A program made the translations under genes and the position numbers. A stretch of 64,000 nt of DNA from Iphione sp. A-MEVVRFRX5 (taxonomy: Eukaryota). Below the pieces are notes generated by a model. The model saw only the letters and a program-made list of their open reading frames with translations, made no database searches and was not told where the DNA came from. The DNA is taken from NCBI GenBank assembly GCA_976226885.1, contig OZ320314.1:120466001-120530000 (forward strand), given 5' to 3'. This document shows positions 1 through 13,306 of this stretch, one piece after another; the stretch's first letter is position 1, and each line of letters begins with the position of its first letter.

Positions 1-323
1 TCTGTGTTTCCGGTAACATGTAGACAAATAATAGGGTCGGTTGGTAGGTGGTATTTTATTTAATGTTTTACCTTTTTTCAATGTTAATTTATAATGTAAG
101 TTACAAATTTATATTACAATAGCACTTTTAGTGGTTAGACTTTTACAAAACTTATATCATTTGAAAGCTAGTAACCCCCAAAAATACAATGGTGTATTCC
201 ATGACTCTCTATCTTTATTCATTCTAGAGATACTCACAAAACAAGAATAACATAAAAAGTTCCATTGGTACTAAAATAAGGTTCGGTCAGGTTACCAGAA
301 ACCCAGATATTTTTGGTTTAGGC
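1..323. mobile_element. MITE-like element (left end lies outside the window)
   Basis: Bases 1-17 (tctgtgtttccggtaac) are the near-perfect reverse complement of ~290-307 (gttaccagaaacccaga). The element ends ...tttttggtttaggcc. Confidence 0.5.
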
Positions 324-1082
324 CAGACTTTCCTTTATGTACCTTAAATAAAGTCAACCTATTTGCAGATGATACCTTAATATCGGTCGTTTGACGAATT
401 TGAATGATTTAAACAATGTTATTATAAGGGTAGCCGCATTAACATTTCCTCCTGGAGCAAAAATAAAAAATTATATCGTAATGTCAAAACATGGTATAAA
501 GACTGTCAAATCAACAAGAAGTAGAGCAGATAGGCGTTTGGATACTATCTACATGTATCTGGGAGAAGTTCTTTAATATGTACAAACGTACTTTTGGGGT
601 CTTATTTGATGACGACTTAAAATCTGATAAGAAACCCATCAAAGTAAAAAATATTCTGACCAAAAACTGGTCCTCAATAAGGTTTAAGCTTACTTGTGAC
701 CCCAGGATATCAAGTTAATGTATACATTGATTATTCAATGGTATTTCTCAACTTTCTCTCAGAAAATACAAAATAGAGTTCTAGCCATATTTTTTTTGTC
801 AAGAAGGTGCCTCTCATAAAACTATAGCAATTGACAATAACTTCAGTCGACATTTGCATAATAATAAAATATGATGATCATTGCCAGAAGATGTCAACTA
901 TTCATAGTCTTTTGTATAAGATAGCACACCTAAATTTTATTCTTTTTATAGATAACATGAATTTAAGAAATAACGAGGATTTCTGCATTAAAATCACAAT
1001 ACCAAAATATGAAAAAATATTAATAATCATTCATCTATGATGGTTATAAAGTCTGAAATAAATTAGACGCATTATTAAAGAA

Positions 1083-1514
1083 TGTGGCGAGAACATAACT
1101 GTGGTAGCACAGGATGTACTGTTACTAAATGAAGGCATGGTGCAGTCCCTAGGTGTAAATCCATGGCACCGTAAAGCCAAATAAGGAGTGTTGGGGCAAT
1201 TAGTGCAAACTCGTGGCACCACAGGGAACCTAGGTTATAGTGTTGCAAAGCTAGTCTTTAGTGATTGGTCTCCTGTACTAGAGAGGCTATACTGTAGCTG
1301 TTTGCTAGTCTTTCATTGGTCAGAAATATTTGACTGGAGTTGTGAACGACTACTTACTATCTTGTTAGTGTATACCCTATTCTGATTGGTTACACATGGT
1401 GTTAGTCTCGTGACCCTGATATGGCAATAAATACAAGCATTGTGTCGCCAATAAACAGGCTTGAACTGGGACTAGGGGTTGATGGTCCTTTATTGAACCC
1501 AAGCACATACTACA
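1083..1514 (+). mobile_element. Probable solo LTR (second copy 36618-37055)
   Basis: TGT...ACA ends, several ATTGG (CCAAT) boxes and AATAAA signals. No clean TSD. Confidence 0.45.
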
Positions 1515-1814
1515 GTAAAACAGGCTAGAGTGTAACTAGATTCAAGTTGAGTACATGTAATTCATGATATAACTGAAACATTAAATAAAGCAGAGAGAAA
1601 CCTGTAGTTCTGAAATAACTTTTACAAGAGTAAAAAAATCCCATACACACCATAAGAAATATAATGTATTCTTAAACTCTAATAGACTTAAATATAGCAG
1701 GCAATCTTCTGGCACACATTATGAATGTTTTGTTGAGCCTGTAAACTAACGTTTCTCTTAATATTATATACTTCCCTTGTATAAAATGATACATGATTTT
1801 TTGTCCCTACACAC

Positions 1815-2645
1815 TGTAACAACAAAGTGTACACCACATCAGTAGGTTTGATTCTTCAGCCTTTATTTCTGAGCAGCAGATACAGCACTTCAACAATTAG
1901 TGTTGACAGGTCTGGAGAGAATGTTGGAACCCCTGTGTAACAAAGAATACACCACGTGCAGGTTCTTTACGTCTGGCCTTTATTGCGTAGAACAGCAGCA
2001 GCAAGTTACACAGTTGTTCACAAGCGAGTCCCACTAGGGACGCAAACCTCTTTCCTTATATACACCTTAACGATGTAAACACTCTATCGAAAGTATGCAA
2101 AACTTGTGTTATCTCCAACGGATGTCCTTTAGACATTGTGAGATTTACTACCCATTGTGTTAGTTCCATCCAGGGGTAGGATCAAGTATTCATTAATGAC
2201 TTCTATGCGTTAATTGAAATCGTCACCTCGTTAATAAGATAAGGGACAACATGTTTACAATGACGGGTGTCACATACACCAACAAAAAAGTTTTCAACTA
2301 CGTCTCTGTTTAAACGCCCTTCTTAACATCATATAGCTATACCCTTTACATACACAGTACTCCCTTTTGCATGCATACATACTTAACGCTAACAGTACTG
2401 TGTTACACCTGTCGTATAAACCAATGTTTGTAACAAAGAAGTCAAACATCATGCCACTTCAGAGGAACCATGAATTATATGTTGAAGGAATAATACTCCT
2501 TTAGTCAGCTCACGTCTGGTGATGTCACTGTGATGTTTATCTAGGGTACCTCGGTTAGATGGAGATGATAATGCACTTAGTTCTTATGCTTGTAGCAATT
2601 TGTTAACATGCAAAACCTATGCCTAGATTCAGTTCACACATCACA
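1815..2645 (-). mobile_element. Solo LTR (outer) interrupted by a younger solo LTR; uninterrupted copy at 40085-40443
   Basis: TGTAAC...CACA ends with flanks acac/atac. Shares the motifs gtacaccaca..taggtt and ctagggtacct with the LTR-like copies at 14745-15068 and 16778. Confidence 0.6.
1936..2407 (-). mobile_element. Solo LTR, 472 bp, nested in the outer LTR
   Basis: Perfect TGTAACA...TGTTACA ends and a 4-bp TSD CCTG (1932-1935 / 2408-2411). Absent from the paralogous site near 40200. Confidence 0.85.
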
Positions 2646-2729
2646 ATACTTGAGCGGAAGTCAGGTAAGCACTGTTCTCAGAAACACGAGTATCAGTGAA
2701 AAATTTGTTTCTTCCACTTAGATACTTTG

Positions 2730-2900
2730 CAGGCCCGTAGCCAGGGTGTTGTGTGGGGGATATCGTCTGATACCCCCAATAACTCAGAGGTAGAACTAAT
2801 TTTGTTCATCTCTGTGAAGGCATATAGGCATTAATGCTTGTGTGTGTGTGGGTGGGGGGTATCGGACGATACCCCCGATACCCCCTTGGCTACGGGCCTG
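2730..2900 (+). mobile_element. MITE family 'CAGGCCCGTAGCC', copy 1
   Basis: TIR caggcccgtagcc...ggctacgggcctg and 5-bp TSD CTTTG. Empty site (gatactttgtacaa) in the paralogue near 40520. Confidence 0.92.
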
Positions 2901-3089
2901 CTTTGTACAAGGATTCTATGTACTTGGTTACTTATATCTTTACACTTTTCATTACACAGTGGTTCACTGCTTTTCATGACAATCACAATTGTAAAGTTAT
3001 CCTTATATGTTTAGCAGGTCATAATACACACAGTGTAACATCCCTCCCCTCCTAAAGAAGTTTTGCGCCAGCAAATCTGGTGTCCCGTT

Positions 3090-3257
3090 CAGGCCCGTAG
3101 CCAAAGGGGGTATCGGGGGTATGGGGATATCGTCCTATACCCCCATAGCAGTTAATCTCTATTGGCCTTTATAGGGATAGAAACAAAATAGTTCCACCAC
3201 TGTGGTATTAGAGGTATCGTCCGATACCCCCCAGAAAACTTCCTGTCTACGGGCCTG
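3090..3257 (-). mobile_element. MITE family 'CAGGCCCGTAGCC', copy 2 (inverted)
   Basis: Same TIRs and 5-bp TSD CCGTT. Empty site in the paralogue near 40703. Confidence 0.9.
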
Positions 3258-3636
3258 CCGTTACATGAAAGAAAGAGGTTGTCTTGATCCTGTGATGTGA
3301 TGAATGCCAGGCACGACGAGCTGAGCATTGGGAGGGTTGTGAGTCCTGGAAGGTAAATAATTAGTCTGGCAGACCCAGAATCAAGGAACTTGGCAGTCTT
3401 ACTGGAAACCATGGAAGATATACCCACTGTCTTGGCATTCAAGATACTTGCGTGTGCAGCATATGTAAAGGAGGCCAGTGGTAGTAAAGGTAGTACAGTC
3501 AGCCCACTTTTCCAGACAGACAAATTTTTTATTGTGCCAACCTTGGAGGCGGGGACATCAGAAATTATATTTTTTGTTGCCCACACTACTGAGTTTGGGA
3601 ACAGTAAAATGTATTATCATTTATCACTTTTCCAGA

Positions 3637-3859
3637 CAGGGGGGGACACCTATTTTGGTGAAGCGTTATGGGTACATTTTAATTCTTGGTGAAGCGTTAT
3701 TAGCTCCTCCAAATCATGGTGAAGCGTTATTCAACATTTCCTGGTGATTGGGGATCAGGAAATATATTCTTGGTGATGCATTATCTGCTACTTTTTTAAG
3801 TGTTATGTATGATTTTAATTCTTGGTGAAGCGTTACTGACTACCCCCTGTCCCCTCCTG
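3637..3859. mobile_element. hAT-like MITE with internal ggtgaagcgtta repeats
   Basis: TIR cagggggggaca...tgtcccctcctg and 8-bp TSD TTTCCAGA (3629-3636 / 3860-3867). Absent from the paralogue near 40950. Confidence 0.7.
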
Positions 3860-5732
3860 TTTCCAGATGCTCCGAATGACCAGCTGCACAACCAACTGTT
3901 ATTTTCGACATTTAATACCCTATTTCTGGACGATTCTGTGTCTGCAAGTGAAGAAAGGATTTTCTAATGGTGTAAGCTTTTTAAATGTTTCTATTAGGTG
4001 GGAAACACCTTTGACCACTCCTGGAATGCTGTAAGCATATAGAGGTGAGGTTTTGACTTTTGTTTGTAACAAACAGCACGTGTAAACCTGTATGCTGTGG
4101 TGTCCTGAAGTAAAGATCATATTTCTCTGGTAAGCTCGTATAATCTACTAAATCCTACTAAATTTTCCACACCCGAACGAACTCCATATCTGGATTAAAT
4201 TAGCTGAAAGAAGCCCCGTTTGGTAAGAGCACTCAATCCTTTAATAAAGGCTAAAACAGGAAAGCCACTTACAAGTAGAGGGCAAGTGTGATCACAGTTA
4301 ATGCACATGAGAATAATGAAGTAACAGTAACCCAATGGATCATGGCCAAATTCCACGTAAAAAAACTTTTTTGAAAACAAAACATTGAGAAATATATTGA
4401 TGCATTTCCTTGTCTGGATAGAAAATGACTGCTTCAATAGAGCGAAGCACTATTGTAGAGTGACGAAATACATATTTGCTAATAAGGCTGCCTACAAAAG
4501 TATGATGGTTATGTGATAAATAAACTGCATAAGTTCTAATCAAAATGCTATTTAAACAGAAATAAGTTGTTGCCATCAAAATACGGCCTATAGATCCTAG
4601 CATGTTGTTCAGTTGAATCTTTTCCTGCATATAACCTGATGCTTGATAGTTAAGGGTTGTACGTAGGGAGAAGAAGAAAGCGAAGAAGGAGACATTTTTT
4701 GGACTGTCCAATCGTGGCCAAATCGTCTGAAAAAAACTATATTCGATAGAAAAGCATCGATCAGAGTTCTGATCTTAGAGTGAACCAGACATCCCTCTGT
4801 GGACATCATTAGACAAGGTTCATGTTACATCTAAACACTTGAGAGATGCTGGACTCCCTATCCGAACTGAAGCATATGTGTAAGGATTACATCATACTAA
4901 ACAAGTTTTGTTCGGCTTCAATGAACCCGTCGATTGAAAATAAGTGGTGCTAGTGAATTTGACCTATGTATGCCCTTCCTCAACATAGGCTGAGAGTCTG
5001 CAGTAAACCTTATGTAAAATGTGTCACTTTGACATGCTCCAGTTCTCTTATTTCTCTTCAAAAATTTCTAAATATTTGAGTGAGTAATCCCTAACACGAT
5101 ATCTACAGATATGCCGAACAATTTCTTCCTATCCTTCATTGTTGTTTTAACAGTGACAGGAGAAATATCACCCTCTATCTTCTAGTCTGTCAGCTAAGCC
5201 ATGTGAACGTTGTTTGTGGAAGGAGCAGTTCAGTGCCCATGCAGAGAGTATTAGTTGCTATAGCAACAGGCCACTCCCCATCTGGTTGAGTAAAACATGT
5301 GTCGTTGTAATGCAATTATCGACAAGGCTCATTCATTCAGAGGATTTACAGCATAGGCAACATGTATTCTGCAGAGAGCAGATCAGCTCCTGTTCTTCTG
5401 CAACATCAGCAAAACCAGCAAGGGTTTCATAAAGCTGAGCATTGGCATGTAGCTGGTTCATTACCCGACCTACAGTTTGTCTGCATTCCTTTGCTAAATG
5501 TGTCAATATTACATTTGAAGTATCCTGATTCTAAGCAAGATGGCGCTTAGTGTGTAGACGCATAACGCAAGGGGTGGCAAAACAAACCTGGATTTACGAT
5601 GATATTGGACCACTGAGCATGACGAAACCATATTAACTAATGCAATAACACACAAGGAATAGGAATAAGGACCTACCAATCAATGGAAAGCAGCAATCAC
5701 GGAATCACGCAAAAATCCTTACCGAGGGGGCC

Positions 5733-8420
5733 ATGTCTCAGGACAATAACAAACACGAAGAAGCGGGAAAAGACGCGGCACCCCCGAGAACAAGGTCACA
5801 ACGGCTGAAAGCAATAGCGAAGGATTTGATGAACCATGAAATGGAGCATACTCAACTACTAAAGGAAGGAAAACACTGATTGAAAGAGTTGCAAGGGGAC
5901 AAAGGTAGGCGCTTTTCACTTCCAACTGCAATAACATGTCCATTAACTCCACAAATAACCACTGAGCCCGTGGGCATTGCAGAGGGGCTATCATTAATCT
6001 CCGCTAGAAGGGAAGCGTCTACCAAATCAGATATACACAAAACCGACATAACCTCAACCAACCCAAACTCCCAGGAAAGGAATTCTACACAGAAAACACA
6101 GAGTGGATAACATAGACGCCTGCCTTAGTACGAAAAATGCAGCTCAAGGCGGTAGGGCCACAAATGATATTACTGTAGCGCGAAAAACATTGTTGCACAC
6201 ACTACCTTATGCTGAGAACGCGGAGGCCTGTAACAGCACGACTAGGACTGGAAATACCGAAACTGCTCCAATGACACAAACATCGTATGAGACTTTAATA
6301 CACCTACCTACAGATGATGAGGCAATGGAGACATGTGAAGAGGAGCTGGAGGGCGATGAAGACGAAACTACACCCAAAATACAAACCTGACATAAGCGCA
6401 CTGATGCCAAAAAGAGAAAAGCCAATAGCCCATGCAAGGAAGAAATAGACACTGACCAGGAATCTGATGAAGAGTATCAACCTTGCACAGATGCAGCGCT
6501 GACACTAGAAGACGTACGCAAAACGGTGATGGCACAAGGGGCTAAAACAAGAAAAAGTATAAAAACAAAACTGAAAAAACTAGAGGAGAAGATAGAGCAT
6601 GTGGACAAGGATCGGACCAAGATAAAAGAGAGTGTCAAGAAGACTCAGGAGAAGGTATCTTCCTTAGAAGACAAAATTAAAATGCTGGAAGAAGAGAATG
6701 ATCGACTACGTGCAGTAATAGACGAAAGTGAAGACACTAACATGCCAAAGGATGAGACACTGAGAGCAACATTAAATGAATTACAACATGATTTGGCGAG
6801 GTTAGAACGGGTACAAAGACGGTCGAACATCTATGTAGAAGGTCTACCTTTCGATGCTAAAGAAGATGTAAGGAGAAAAATCATGGATCTCGCTGGGGAA
6901 ATGAATGTACGTTTGACTAAATGGTACATGGAAGAATGTAGGAGAACCACGAGGAAAGACAAAAGCAGACATCCAGGCATATTCATAAGACTCAGAAATA
7001 TTGAAAAGAAGACAGAGATCATGACGAACAAGGGTAAACTAAAAAACCACCGAAGATTCAGCAACGTATGGATAAACCATGATCTATCAACAGAGGAAAA
7101 ACGGAAGTGGTCAGACATACATGCAGTAACGAGACTAGCGAAAAACACACAAACTTGACGTACAAGTGAAGGGCGAAACAATAAAAATAGCAGACCACAC
7201 CTACCGGCAAGACCAATTAGCAACACTGCCAAAAGAGCTTTCTCTGATGAAAACACAAGAAGTGGAGACTAACGGCATTCTATTCTACTCGGGTGCTGAA
7301 CACTCACTGTCACACTTGCATACCTCCAATATACACTGGCATGAATCGACCTTCAGTAGCGCAGAACAAGCTTATCAATGGATACGTGCAATAGACTCTG
7401 GAGATAACAGCACGGCTGACGAAGTGAAAATGTAACAACCTGCAACAACTTCGTAGATCAGCCAAGAAAATACGCGACTCGAATGACTGGCCAAAGAAGA
7501 TGGCGGAAGTCATGCATGACATTGTATTACATAAGTTTCTACAAAACCCACACGCAGCCGAGGCACTTCTCGAAACAGGTGAACGCATACTAGTCGAAGC
7601 TACAAGCGACAAATACTGGGGGGCAGGTGCCCTCTTGGGGTCAGACGAGGTGAAGATGGGGAAGTTCTCAGGAGCAAATACATCAGGGGAAATTCTCATG
7701 TCAATATGCAAGATCCTGAGGAACCGCATGCAAACAGCATAATTGACAAGCCAAGGAGACAGCACGGAGATGGCGAAAGGCTGTATATATCTAACGGACA
7801 GCAGAGGCCGACATCTACAGTACTGGTTGAACAAGAAAAACATACCAGGCCAAGTGCACTTTCTACCGGGAGGCACGCTGCGCTCTATGAGCAGATACGC
7901 GTGTAAACATCTACACGGCGAAGCCCCAGGATCGATAATAATATTAGCTGGTATCAACAATGTCACCAAACTTGTGAAGCAGAACGGACAGCGATGGGTA
8001 ATCCCAAGATATACTAGTGTGGACAAGGCCAGAGATCACTTCGCCGATGAAATAAGGTCAGTTGATCGGAAAATTCGTAATACGTTCCAGACAACAAGGG
8101 TGATATACAGTACTGTTTTCAGTATGGATTTGCTATGCTACAACAAGTCCCTAAACGGTGTCACAAAGGACCCAGCAAAATATCATGAATGTCAGAAACT
8201 AGTTGAGGATCTAGTAACAGAGCTAAACTTCCAAATCTGCAAAGTGAACCAGGAGAACGGTGAAACCAGTGTATGGGCAGCCCGAATTATATACTCAAAA
8301 CACCAGGGGAAACCATGCTACCGGTACGGAAAACTGTATGATGGACTGCATCTGAGCTGGGAAAATACGGAGGAACTTGCGGACAGCATTGGAATATGGA
8401 GAGCAAAAAATTCCACATAG
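5733..8420 (+). pseudogene. LINE ORF1p: low-complexity N-terminus, coiled coil, RRM/L1-ORF1-like domain, NADAR domain, SGNH/GDSL esterase
   Basis: Assembled from ORF-track pieces 5880-6110, 6103-6390, 6526-7158, 7166-7435, 7500-7742 and 7743-8420 across point stops and single-base frameshifts. Motifs: heptads KLKKLEEKIEHV; RRSNIYVEGLP; FSSAEQAYQW, KFLQNP..LLETGERILVEATSDKYWGAG, GANTSGEILM (NADAR); LTDSRGR and IIILAGINN (SGNH). Confidence 0.8.
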
Positions 8421-8924
8421 ACATGAAGAATGCCTGACTGTGAAAAGAAATCTAAACAGCGCAGAAAACAACAGAATGAAGGACCTGCCTGGGCACACTG
8501 TCCGGCAGGAGTCTTAAGAATATGGACATGATAGGCATTGGAGTCTGGGCATCCTGTCTGACTCCCCCCTGTAGCGCAACATATACCATATACCATGGAC
8601 ATATACGATAAGAGGTAGAAAGGAAATACGCCGGCTGCCATGGATAAACAGCTAAGTAACTAAACTCACTGTACCATTCCGTTACTGAACTGTCACTGAT
8701 AATATAAACTCATTCTGATATATTTGTCATGTTCATGATGTCCTGTATGATGTACCCATATGAACGAAAACCCCATTGTATAAAGCGTTATTTAATTCCC
8801 ACTGCACACAGTGTTACTCAATTTTCCACTACTTATTCTGGAATCTAACTATCAAGGTGTATATATAAAATCTTTTCATATATTGCTCGCATAACTTGTA
8901 CATATGCAAATTCATACAAATATG

Positions 8925-11755
8925 AACAAGAAGCTATCGATACTACATATTAATACTCGCAGTCTATTGAAAAAGCATGATGAACTACGCTGTCTGGCAA
9001 ACAAGGAAAAGCCGGATATACTCTTGTTGACTGAGACATGGCTGACGCCAGCCATCCTAGACTCAGCCATCCTACTCGAGGACTACAACATAACTCGTTT
9101 AGACAGAACCACTGAAAGAGGCAGCAAAGCGAAAGGAGGGGGACTAATCGCATACATCAGACGAGATGATGGCCTGACGGTACATAAGGAAGAATCGCGA
9201 TCCTGGACAGACAGGAACTTAGAATGCCTCTGGATCAGAGTAACAACCAAAATGGGACCCACACTACACATATGTGTCGCATATAGGCCGCCAGACGGTG
9301 ACCTAACCATTGCTCTAAAACGCCTGAACGAAGACCTAGAATGGGTAGGTGAGAAAGATCGAATTTACATTATTGGAGACCTGAATGTAGACGTAGGAAG
9401 GACAGAGGGTATGTCACGCAAACTACTGGACTGGGTTGCAACGGCAGGCCTTAAACAGATCATAAACAGACCGACTAGAATCACCTCAACAAGAGCCAGC
9501 ACACTGGACCTAATAATAACTAATGATGTTTACGCAGATGGAAACTACCATGTGGACGAGTACATGAGTGACCACTGCCCCATCAAGATGGTAACAACGT
9601 TATATGGAAGGCCCGAACAAGCAGATCATGGAGACAAATCAGAAGGAACGCGAAGAAAAATGGACTTCTTCAAACTCACAAGCAATACCATCAGATTGGG
9701 CATAGCAAAGGTAAAATGGGAAAAATTCTGGAAAATGAGAAATATAGAGGCAAAATGGACATTCATGCTACAAGTTATAAGTAACATAATAACCACAGTA
9801 TGTACCAATAGACGTCAGACAAACATGCAGTGACAAGAAGCCCCCTGGGTAGACGGCGAGGTTAAAGATCAAATCCGAAAAAGGAATAAAGCATTCAGAA
9901 CAGCATATAAAACGAAGAATGAGGGAGACTTTGAGAGGGCAAGAAGGCAAAGAATACATACAAGACGTCTAATACACCAGAAGAAAAGATCGTACATACG
10001 TAATGAGCTGAACATCCATCGGGAAGAACCAACCAAGTTCTGGAGCAAGATGAAGAAATTCTTAGGACTAGAGAACAGAAGCAAACAGGAAATCAAGTTA
10101 ATGCGTGGTGACGAGGAAATAGAAACCAAAGAAGTCGCGACCTACATTAATGACTACTTCACAAATATTGGAAACACCATAGCGTCCAAGCTAGGGAAAT
10201 ATACACCGAACTTGAGAGGTAGGGAAAATGAATTCATCATGCAGCCTATAGACGAATTGGAGCTGGTGAAGACGGTGAAAACGCTGAAAGAAAATAAACC
10301 TTCAGGCTATTCTGAGATACCAACACACTACTTCAAACTATTCATAATGCACTTGATACCACAATTGCTAGACATACTGAATACGTCCCTCAAGAATAAC
10401 ATAGTTCCAAAATCTTGGAAACATGCAATAGTAACACCAATCCACAAAGGAGGCTGTCGCACCACGATAGGGAACTACAGACCAGTAAGTGTTCTGCCCC
10501 TACCGGGGAAAATATTGGAAAGACTGGTACATACAAGACTATACAAATATCTTGAGTCAAAAGGTATGTTAGGTGATGCACAGTTTGGATTCAGAAAAGG
10601 AAGATCAACCAACCAGGCGATATGCAGGCTAACCGATACCAGGCGATATGCAGGCTAACCGACAACATACACTCAGCATTGAATGAGAAGAAAAAGGTAG
10701 TCAGTGTGTACTTTGGCTTTATGAAAGCATTTGATTCAATTTGCCATAATGTAATCATCGAACGTTTATATGACCTAGGGATAATAGAAAATCTAGGATG
10801 GTTCAAGGACTACCTAAGTCACAGAAGCCAGGTTACCATTGCAAATGGTGTAATGTCTACACCGCGACAAATTCAATGCGGCGTTCCACAGGGGTCAATT
10901 TTAGGCCCACGGCTATTCAACATCTTCATAAATCCGATACAGACAATATGCACACACAGCAAAATGATACTATATGTGGATGATATGGTAATCAGCGCCG
11001 CAGCAGAAAGTATCCAGCAACTATTAGCAAAGATACAAATAGATGTGGACGCAATCTGCTGTTGGACAATGAAATACAAGATATGCATAAATGATGTGAA
11101 AACCAAGGCAATGTGGTATAAGTACCGGTACCCACTAAGGGAGGCACCTATGATCAAATACAACAGGACATGGCTAGAGAATGTGACGAAATATAAATAT
11201 CTAGGGGTAATAATGGACAGCTGCCTAAGCCTGGAACTGAACACAGACTCTGTTATAAACAGAGTGAGTCAAAAACTATTTTACTATAGGAAAATAAGAA
11301 GGATACTAACAATCAAGGACAGAGCACTACTACTAAAAAGTACAATACTACCAATAATGGAATACAGCATTGTGCTCCTAACGGATAATCACTCAAGGAA
11401 CTTCCAGCGCATGTTGAAGATGTATAATAAATCCATAAGGACAATATTTCTACAACCACTAAGATCATGTGAAGCAAGAGAACGTAGTGCCTGTAAGCCC
11501 CTGTCACAACGCCGAGACCAAAGACTACTGACGGAAATGTAACACCGACACATCCAGAATGAAACTGAGAGTGACATGTCGAGCAGAACTCATGCTGGGC
11601 GGAAAACCATGTTCAGGATAAAACGTCGGAATTACGAGGCCTATAGAAGAAGCGTGGAATACACAGGAGGCAAATTGTGGAACAGATTACCAGAAAACAC
11701 AAAAATGCTACCACTGGCTCAATTCCTTCGAGAGGCAACAAAGAACTCAATGTAA
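8925..11755 (+). pseudogene. LINE ORF2p: APE endonuclease plus reverse transcriptase
   Basis: Motifs LHINTRSL, LTETWL, YRPP, GDLNVD, SDHCPI (APE); YRPVSVLP, QFGFRKGRST, GVPQGSILGP, YVDD (RT); C-terminal GGKLWNRLP. Disrupted by TGA at 9831, a 26-bp tandem duplication at 10612-10662 and a TAA near 11540. Confidence 0.92.
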
Positions 11756-13306
11756 CATAATGTGGGCAAAGTGTCTCATTATGTTGATGATACCTATAGT
11801 TGAACAGTGTGGGCAACCTGTCTCACTGTACACTGTACAGGGTGCAAAGAGAAATGACCGAATTGTCCCATAATGTACATCCATGACTAGAAGGGATGAC
11901 GATACATCCTAAAAAGAGTAGAACAGAATTGTCAGCACAAGCGAGTAAAACTAGTATAAATCTGTATCTAATGTACATAGGAATCATAACTGTATCTAAT
12001 TATCATAACCATCATTGCCACATATATGTATATACGACTGTTATACTTGTAAATATCATACCACATAGTCATTGTACATCATCATTAGAAGGTAAAGAGC
12101 CCAGACAGAGACCTGAGAAAGCGTACAACATTGTATAAAACTATCAGGATAAATAAAGGTTATTAAAAAAAAAAAAATTCTTGTAATGGAAGTTTTCACG
12201 TGCCAGAGTGACTTCTGTCCCTCCAATTTATCTGGGAGATGCAGACCTCGACCTGCCACCACTTCACCTTGCTAAGCTGGGATGGTAGCATTTCCTGATT
12301 TCCCTTTTTCTTCGAAGTGTTACACAACTCAAGATGACACAAGTTTCTAAGTAAGTTGATCTTTATTGCAGCAGAGTAGACATGTACAGGTGGCATGATG
12401 GAGCTCTCCGAAAAGTCAGGAGAAATCAAGGACATCATATACCAGTAGTTGACAACCCTTATGGCAGAGTTCACAACCTTCCCATCATAGTTCACAATCT
12501 GAGGTACATAGTTTATAACCTGTCATAACCTCAGGTCATAGGACATGTAAACTCTGACCTAGGTATATGGCCTGGGTCACGACAGGTCAATTTTCAAAGT
12601 AACCCCTAGTCTCACCTTAGCACCCTTCATGATACATGTCTTTTCCAGGTGTTTGCTGTCAATATCTTTCCTGGTATCTCGCAAGATCCCCATTATGATG
12701 TATCTTTTTATTATGCCTTGATTTCAGCCTTACATAGCTTCTGGGTGTCTGCTCTGGCTAAAACTGTTGGTGTCCAGACTTTCAGCAGTCCCACTTAGTA
12801 ACATGAAACTGCTGTTGTCTCTACACAGACAGCACTTATAGACTTAAATATGTACACTGTACAAGGAACTCTCTTTCTCCACTTAAAACTTTCTTAATTG
12901 GATATGATGGTTAATTGATCTATTCAATTTCAATTTCAAAAGAATTTTATTCACATATCCGACTGTCACCCTCATAAGGGTGTTTTTGGAGTACAGATAA
13001 AATAATCTAATAAAGTAATTAAGAAACTGTGTTACAAAAGCTGTAACCTCTCCATCAAAGGAGAAGGTCTTGAGAGCAGGACAACCTGTTTAAAAATGAT
13101 ATTCAGAAAAACAATTAAGTAGGATATTCTACTGCTTATTTATCATATTTGGGGCAGTATTTGACATTATAAGTGTATCATCCTATATAAGAATTACATA
13201 CATTATTACCGGAATAATTTTTGTTGTAACTTGTCCATGGAACACTCGGTTTATTTAATTTTTCCTTGCACAGTGAGAGAAACATGTTTTTTGTTGTGTG
13301 TATATA

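Larger units (their letters stand above)
290..4235 (+). repeat. Segmental duplication, copy A (partner 35639-41411)
   Basis: Colinear, highly similar sequence, e.g. gatatttttggtttaggcc...gcagatgataccttaatatc at both starts and gccccgtttggtaag...agcactc at both ends. The copies differ by substitutions and copy-specific TE insertions. Confidence 0.92.
5533..12176 (+). mobile_element. Full-length non-LTR retrotransposon, CR1/L2 group, ~6.6 kb
   Basis: The 5' end has aagcaagatggcg (YY1-like motif). It carries ORF1 and an APE-RT ORF2, then AATAAA and a poly(A) tail. 5-bp TSD ATTCT (5528-5532 / 12177-12181). Confidence 0.9.

Noticed and set aside
3655-3835. CRISPR-like repeats (ggtgaagcgtta with variable spacers)
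   Set aside because: Only 12-bp repeats with irregular spacing, internal to a TSD-flanked MITE.
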